The notes under the pieces are model-generated. The model saw only the letters and a program-made list of their open reading frames with translations. It made no database searches and had not been told where the DNA came from. A DNA stretch of 9,539 nucleotides, from NCBI GenBank assembly GCA_024641665.1, contig JAHECP010000003.1, positions 37,228 to 46,766 of the forward strand, read 5' to 3'. Below, one piece after another: positions 5,548-9,539 of this stretch (its first letter is position 1; each line of letters starts with the position of its first letter). The stretch comes from Acidobacteriota bacterium. Lineage in GTDB: Bacteria > Acidobacteriota > Vicinamibacteria > Vicinamibacterales > JAHECP01. A program made the position numbers and the translations under genes.

Positions 5548-5560
5548 GGAATTCCGGCGG
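5548..5560 (+). promoter_or_regulatory. Conserved far-upstream box GGAATTCCGGCGG for module 2; contains the perfect palindrome CGGAATTCCG
   Basis: It is the paralogous counterpart of 1901-1913 and lies at an equivalent distance (130 nt) from the -24 GG. CGGAATTCCG at 5547-5556 is a perfect 10-bp palindrome. Confidence 0.3.
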
Positions 5561-5610
5561 TTCTTCCGTGCCAGCTCGACTGCTCCAGATGTACTGGGGT
5601 GGTCTATGTA

Positions 5611-5624
5611 CGATTTTTCAACGG
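5611..5624 (+). promoter_or_regulatory. Distal AT-rich box CGATTTTTCAACGG upstream of the module 2 promoter
   Basis: It is the counterpart of 1964-1977 and lies 67 nt upstream of the -24 GG. An imperfect inverted repeat follows: TCAACACG (5629-5636) / CGCGTTGA (5647-5654). Confidence 0.35.
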
Positions 5625-5676
5625 CCGGTCAACACGTTCGGGGTGCCGCGTTGAAGGTCGTTGCAGAATTTCTCAG

Positions 5677-5692
5677 CGGTACACCCCTTGCT
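5677..5692 (+). promoter_or_regulatory. Candidate sigma-54 (RpoN) -24/-12 promoter of module 2: CGGTACA-CCCC-TTGCT
   Basis: GG at 5678-5679 and GC at 5690-5691 are separated by exactly 10 nt. About 9 of 12 informative positions match the consensus. A conserved CGGGAGG lies 22 nt downstream of the -12 GC in both copies (2063-2069 and 5713-5719). Confidence 0.6.
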
Positions 5693-5803
5693 GAACCCTG
5701 CGCGGTTTCCTGCGGGAGGGAGACCGTCCGGGCCCGAACGCCCGGCAGGTACGTGCACTCATTACGTCGTGGCCGCGTCCCGAGGCCAGGGGAGGAGATC
5801 AAC

Positions 5804-6763
5804 ATGGGTCGCTTCAAGCGAACCCTTGGTCCTGCGGTTCCCATCGCCGGTGCGCTGGCGTTGTGGATCGTGGCGGTGGCGACGGTGCCGGCGGCGACGA
5901 CGCCGGCGGCGGCCACCGTGACGACCGGCACACAGGCGCCGGCCCAGGTCAACGGGTACGTGGGGGAGGAGACGTGTCTCACCTGCCACGAAGCACAGAG
6001 CTACAAGGGCACGGCGCACGCCTTCGCCGCTGACGAACGGACGCCGGCGGCGACGCACGGGTGCGAGAGCTGCCACGGACCCGGCCAGGCCCACGTGGAC
6101 GGCGGCGGGGACAAGACGAAGATCGTCAATCCGAAGAACCTGACGCCGCGCGAGGCGAGCGAGATCTGCACGACGTGTCACGACCGCAAGGAGCACGCGC
6201 TCTGGTCCGGCAGCCAGCACGACTCGCGCAACGTGGGCTGCACGACCTGCCACAGCGTGCACACGCCGAAGGGTCCCAAGCAGCTGAAGGAGGCCACCGA
6301 GCCGGCGTTGTGCGTGAAGTGCCACGCGAACATCGTGAACAAGCAGCACCGCTTCAACCACATGCCGGTGCGCGAGGGCGAGCTGGTGTGCACCTCGTGC
6401 CACAACGTGCACGGCTCGGCCAACGTCAAGCTGCTGCGCGCGGGAACGACGGTGGACGAGAGCTGCACGAGCTGCCACACGGAGAAGCGCGGCCCGTATC
6501 TGTGGGAGCACGCGCCGGTGGCCGAGAGCTGCGTGACGTGTCACGACCCGCACGGGTCGAACAATGACCGCATGCTCGTGGCGAAGCAGCCGTACCTCTG
6601 CCAGCGCTGCCACGTGACCTCGCGCCATCCTCCAACCATCTACGACGGCTATCTGCTGAAGAATTCGAGCAACGCCAACAAGATCTTCGGGCGGTCGTGC
6701 ACGATCTGCCACCAGGAGATCCACGGCTCGAATTCGCCGTCGGGCAAGGCGTTCCTGCGTTAG
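5804..6763 (+). CDS. Periplasmic decaheme c-type cytochrome, MtrA/DmsE/PioA/MtoA family (copy 2), 319 aa
   Basis: It has ten CXXCH motifs: CLTCH, CESCH, CTTCH, CTTCH, CVKCH, CTSCH, CTSCH, CVTCH, CQRCH, CTICH. The signal peptide is nearly identical to copy 1. The SD GGAGGAG lies 6 nt upstream of the ATG at 5804. The track ORF 5192-6763 is an R/P/G-rich upstream open extension. Stop is TAG at 6761-6763. Confidence 0.95.
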   Translation: MGRFKRTLGPAVPIAGALALWIVAVATVPAATTPAAATVTTGTQAPAQVNGYVGEETCLTCHEAQSYKGTAHAFAADERTPAATHGCESCHGPGQAHVDGGGDKTKIVNPKNLTPREASEICTTCHDRKEHALWSGSQHDSRNVGCTTCHSVHTPKGPKQLKEATEPALCVKCHANIVNKQHRFNHMPVREGELVCTSCHNVHGSANVKLLRAGTTVDESCTSCHTEKRGPYLWEHAPVAESCVTCHDPHGSNNDRMLVAKQPYLCQRCHVTSRHPPTIYDGYLLKNSSNANKIFGRSCTICHQEIHGSNSPSGKAFLR

Positions 6764-6778
6764 GTGAGGAGGAGTGCG

Positions 6779-9016
6779 ATGCGCAAAACAGTGTGGATGA
6801 CGACTGCCGCGCTTGTGCTGGCCTCCGCGATGGCGCAGGCCCAGCCACAGGCGACCGAACCGGTCGGGGTGACCCCGACGCTGGGTTCGGTGGACTTCGG
6901 CGTGCGGATTGGCTCGGCGAGCGGTGACGAGGCGCGCTTCGAGCGCTACCGCGACCTGCGGACGGGGCTCTTCACGAACCTCTCGCTCGACAAGGCCACC
7001 GACACGTATCTGCTGAACATCAAGGCCGAGAACATCGGCTACAACGACCAGGCCTACGACGGCCTGTACCGGAACGGCAAGCTGAAGGCGACGTTCTCGT
7101 GGAACTCGACGCCGCTCAACTACAGCTACGAGTCGATGACGCCGTATTCGGGCCCGGTCATCTCGGGCAACACGGCGACCTACTCGCTCAACCCGGTCGT
7201 GCAGAACGGCGTGCAGACGGGCGTGTTCGCGGGCCTGCCCGCCAACGCGGCCGCGCTGGCGACGCCGTCGATCTACCGCGCGCTGGCCAACCCGTTCAAC
7301 CTGACCCAGCGGCGCGACGTCGTCAACGTCGGCCTGGCCTACGCGGCGACCAAGGCGGTCGACCTCGACTTCGGGTTCAGCACCACCAAGAAGCACGGCT
7401 ACCAGCCGTACGGCGCGTCGTTCGCGTTCGTCACGGGCGTCGAGCTGCCGCTGCCGATCGACCAGCGGACCAACGACGTGACGGCGGGCCTCGAGTGGGC
7501 GAACGCGAAGGGCATGTTCCGGATCGCCTACGACGGGTCGTACTTCACGAACGACATCCAGACGCTCGTCTGGAGCAGCCCGTCCTACGGCCCGAACGAC
7601 ACGACCAACTCGTCGGGCTACAGCAACGGGCAGGGCGCCTCGACGGGCCGCATGGCGCTCGCGCCGAACAGCCACATGAACGTGGTGAGCGTGACCGGGC
7701 TCCGCAAACTCGCCCACCACAGCACCATCAACGGCGTGTTCTCCATCGGCGACTCGAAGCAGAACGGCGAGCTGATCCCGTTCACGATCAACACCTTCAT
7801 CCTCGACAACCCGTCGCTCTATCCGCTCGAGCTCGAGCGGGCGACGGCCGAGGCCGGCGCGCGCGCCTACAACGCGGCCCTCAACTTCACCTCGCGGCCC
7901 AACCAGTACGTGGGCTTCACGGCGAAGTACCGCTACAACAAGCACGACAACACGACCCCGACGTTCAACGGGGAAGAGTACGTGCGGTTCGACCAGGTGT
8001 GGGAGGAGACCGGCGGCGAGACCGAGCAGTTCGACATCACGCACAACACGTTCAACGCCGACCTCTCGTTCACGCCCATCGCCTTCACCACCCTGCGCGT
8101 CGGCTATGGCTTCGACAAGACCGACCATACCAGCCGGGCCTACGCCGACCTGAAGGACAACACGCTCCGCGCCTCGATCGACACGGTGGGGAACCAGTAC
8201 ATCTCCCTCCGCGGCACCTACGAGCACACGACCCGCAAGGGCGAGGGCTTCGACGAGGCCGCGATCGTCGACGGCGGCGCGCAGCCCGACCTGCGGTTCT
8301 TCGACGACGCGAGCCGCAAGCGGGACCGGGGCTCGATCGTGCTCACCCTGAGCCCGACCTCGATGGTCAACGTGAACGTGATCTACGCCAACGGCAAGGA
8401 CACCTACAACGACCCGGCGCAGGAGTTCGGCCTGCTCGACAACAGCAACAGCTCGTACAACGTCGGGCTGGACCTCACGCCGACCGCGCAGGTGGCGTTC
8501 GGGGTCTCCTACGGCCAGGACGAGTACAAGGCGCTGCAGGAATCGCGCAACGCCAACCCGGCGCCCGACCCGTCGTGGACGGACCCGAACCGCAACTGGT
8601 CGCTCAACAACAAGGAGAAGGTCAAGAACGCCAGCGCGTATCTCGACCTGATGCAGGTGATCGTGCGGACCGACCTCCGGTTCGGCTTCGACTTCAGCGA
8701 CTCGAACAACGCCTTCGTCTTCGGCGGCCCGCGCATCGCGGCCCTCGCGGCCATCGGGCAGTTCCTGCCGCTGCCGGCGGTCACCAACCAGTGGCAGCGC
8801 GCCACGGTGGACCTGAAGCACATGTTCACCGCCAAGACCGGCATCGCCCTGGCCTACTGGTACGAGAAGTTCGACGTCGTGGACTTCGCGACCATCGACC
8901 TGCCCGGCGAGCCCGGCGTGCCGCGCATCGACTACCTCGGCGAGATCAACACGGGCTACGGCAACCGCCCCTACAAGGGGAACACCGGCTTCATCCGGCT
9001 GCTGTACCTGTTCTAG
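6779..9016 (+). CDS. Decaheme-associated outer-membrane beta-barrel, MtrB/PioB family (copy 2), 745 aa
   Basis: The ATG at 6779 has the SD GGAGG 6 nt upstream and begins 15 nt after the cytochrome stop. The signal peptide is MRKTVWMTTAALVLASAMA-QA. It has no cysteine and ends in a C-terminal beta-signal (GFIRLLYLF). It is collinear with copy 1. The GTG at 6764 in the track abuts the stop codon and precedes the SD, so I rejected it as the start. Confidence 0.92.
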   Translation: MRKTVWMTTAALVLASAMAQAQPQATEPVGVTPTLGSVDFGVRIGSASGDEARFERYRDLRTGLFTNLSLDKATDTYLLNIKAENIGYNDQAYDGLYRNGKLKATFSWNSTPLNYSYESMTPYSGPVISGNTATYSLNPVVQNGVQTGVFAGLPANAAALATPSIYRALANPFNLTQRRDVVNVGLAYAATKAVDLDFGFSTTKKHGYQPYGASFAFVTGVELPLPIDQRTNDVTAGLEWANAKGMFRIAYDGSYFTNDIQTLVWSSPSYGPNDTTNSSGYSNGQGASTGRMALAPNSHMNVVSVTGLRKLAHHSTINGVFSIGDSKQNGELIPFTINTFILDNPSLYPLELERATAEAGARAYNAALNFTSRPNQYVGFTAKYRYNKHDNTTPTFNGEEYVRFDQVWEETGGETEQFDITHNTFNADLSFTPIAFTTLRVGYGFDKTDHTSRAYADLKDNTLRASIDTVGNQYISLRGTYEHTTRKGEGFDEAAIVDGGAQPDLRFFDDASRKRDRGSIVLTLSPTSMVNVNVIYANGKDTYNDPAQEFGLLDNSNSSYNVGLDLTPTAQVAFGVSYGQDEYKALQESRNANPAPDPSWTDPNRNWSLNNKEKVKNASAYLDLMQVIVRTDLRFGFDFSDSNNAFVFGGPRIAALAAIGQFLPLPAVTNQWQRATVDLKHMFTAKTGIALAYWYEKFDVVDFATIDLPGEPGVPRIDYLGEINTGYGNRPYKGNTGFIRLLYLF

Positions 9017-9043
9017 GACCCGGCTCCCCCGTCCTCCTCGGGA

Positions 9044-9079
9044 CCCCGGCCACCCCACCGCGGGGTGGCCGGGGTTTTT
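9044..9079 (+). terminator. Rho-independent terminator after porin 2
   Basis: CCCCGGCCACCCC (9044-9056) pairs perfectly with GGGGTGGCCGGGG (9062-9074), giving a 13-bp stem around a 5-nt loop (ACCGC). TTTTT follows immediately at 9075-9079. The hairpin begins 28 nt after the TAG at 9014-9016. Confidence 0.85.
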
Positions 9080-9084
9080 GTACA

Positions 9085-9426
9085 ATGCCCCCCATGGTGC
9101 GCACAGCCATCGCCGTTCTCCTCGGGGTCGCCCTGGGTATCGCCGCGCTCGGCGCGCAGGCGCCCGATTCGCAGGTCGAGAAGGGCAAGGAGGTCTTCAC
9201 GCGGATGAAGTGCCTCCTCTGCCACAAGTTGGGGGACAAGGGGGGCGCCCTGGCGCCGGTCCTGGACGGGGTGGCCCGGCGGCGCGACGCCGAGTCCATG
9301 CGCCGACTGCTGGAGCACCCCGACAAGGAGATGAAGGACCCCCAGTACAAGGTGACGATGCCCGCGTTCCCGTTCAAGGACGGGGAGCTGGACGAGCTGG
9401 TCGCCTACCTCCAGACCCTCAAGTGA
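9085..9426 (+). CDS. Small secreted monoheme class I c-type cytochrome, 113 aa (110 aa if it starts at the ATG at 9094)
   Basis: It has a single CXXCH (CLLCH) about 20 residues after a signal peptide (MVRTAIAVLLGVALGIAALGA-QA). A distal Met candidate sits in the class I-typical context KVTMPAFPF. The C-terminal helix is ELDELVAYLQTLK. Two in-frame ATGs occur at 9085 and 9094, and neither has a convincing SD. Stop is TGA at 9424-9426. The track shows this only as the tail of the spurious 7099-9426 ORF. Confidence 0.85.
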   Translation: MPPMVRTAIAVLLGVALGIAALGAQAPDSQVEKGKEVFTRMKCLLCHKLGDKGGALAPVLDGVARRRDAESMRRLLEHPDKEMKDPQYKVTMPAFPFKDGELDELVAYLQTLK

Positions 9427-9539
9427 CGGGGCGGGAGCCCCTCAGGGAGAGGCCCCGTCCCGGGGGAAATTCCCGCAGGGCAGGGCGGTGGCGGGCGATT
9501 TTCCCCCGATTCTGACGGGGGTTGGCCGCTCCTGAGGGG

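Larger units (their letters stand above)
5548..9016 (+). repeat. Tandem duplication unit 2 (regulatory leader + decaheme cytochrome + porin)
   Basis: It is the collinear paralog of 1901-5351 (see that entry). By eye the cytochromes are roughly two-thirds identical in protein sequence. The porins are much more diverged but share long conserved blocks, for example PTFNGEEYVR.DQV.EETGGET and IPFTINT. Confidence 0.85.

Noticed and set aside
5762-9085. Very long minus-strand ORF (1107 aa) antisense to cytochrome 2 and porin 2. Similar cases are 3033-5441 (802 aa) and 2116-3255 (379 aa), antisense to module 1.
   Set aside because: These are typical high-GC shadow ORFs. Their translations are monotonous R/V/G/A/H/P-rich strings with no motifs, signal peptides or SD sequences. 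They lie exactly opposite strongly supported genes whose GC-rich third positions suppress stop codons on the other strand.
9425-9474. Hairpin GACGGGGC...GCCCCGTC (9425-9459) after the cytochrome c stop, and the adjacent near-palindrome GGGAA-A-TTCCC (9464-9474).
   Set aside because: The stem has a 19-nt loop and no following T-tract, so it cannot be called a terminator with confidence. The palindrome has only 5-bp arms. The window ends soon after, so no context is available.
1-9539. I looked for mobile-element hallmarks, CRISPR repeats, tRNA/rRNA-like segments and toxin-antitoxin or defence-type small gene pairs.
   Set aside because: I found no transposase, integrase or recombinase-like translations in any frame. 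There are no terminal inverted repeats bracketing the duplicated units and no regularly spaced short repeats. No cloverleaf-like or rRNA-like segments were apparent by eye.

Overview
This is a GC-rich window from a Gram-negative-type bacterium. Two tandem, paralogous porin-cytochrome modules of the MtrAB/PioAB/MtoAB type dominate it. Each module has a periplasmic decaheme c-type cytochrome with 10 CXXCH motifs (2164-3147 and 5804-6763). A cysteine-free outer-membrane beta-barrel of the MtrB/PioB family, 728 and 745 aa, follows 15-17 nt downstream (3165-5351 and 6779-9016). A homologous non-coding leader precedes each module. Each leader carries a correctly spaced sigma-54 -24/-12 element (GG-N10-GC) and several conserved upstream boxes at matching distances, so the duplicated unit is promoter + cytochrome + porin with an offset of about 3.64 kb. 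The second module ends in a strong intrinsic terminator (9044-9079). That terminator directly abuts a small monoheme class I cytochrome c gene (9085-9426). Upstream on the minus strand lie a Crp/Fnr-family regulator (907-1608, divergent from module 1 across a >500-bp non-coding region) and a radical SAM enzyme (14-787). I saw no tRNA/rRNA, CRISPR array, transposase, integrase or IS-like terminal repeats. The protein families are known extracellular electron transfer components, so I do not claim a new system. The unusual points are the tandem promoter-inclusive duplication, the apparent sigma-54 control, mosaic 5' end conservation between paralogs, the absence of an MtrC-type surface cytochrome, and the terminator-abutting cytochrome c gene that lacks a Shine-Dalgarno (SD) sequence. 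All long antisense or off-frame ORFs in the track look like high-GC shadow ORFs. CDS coordinates include the stop codon.
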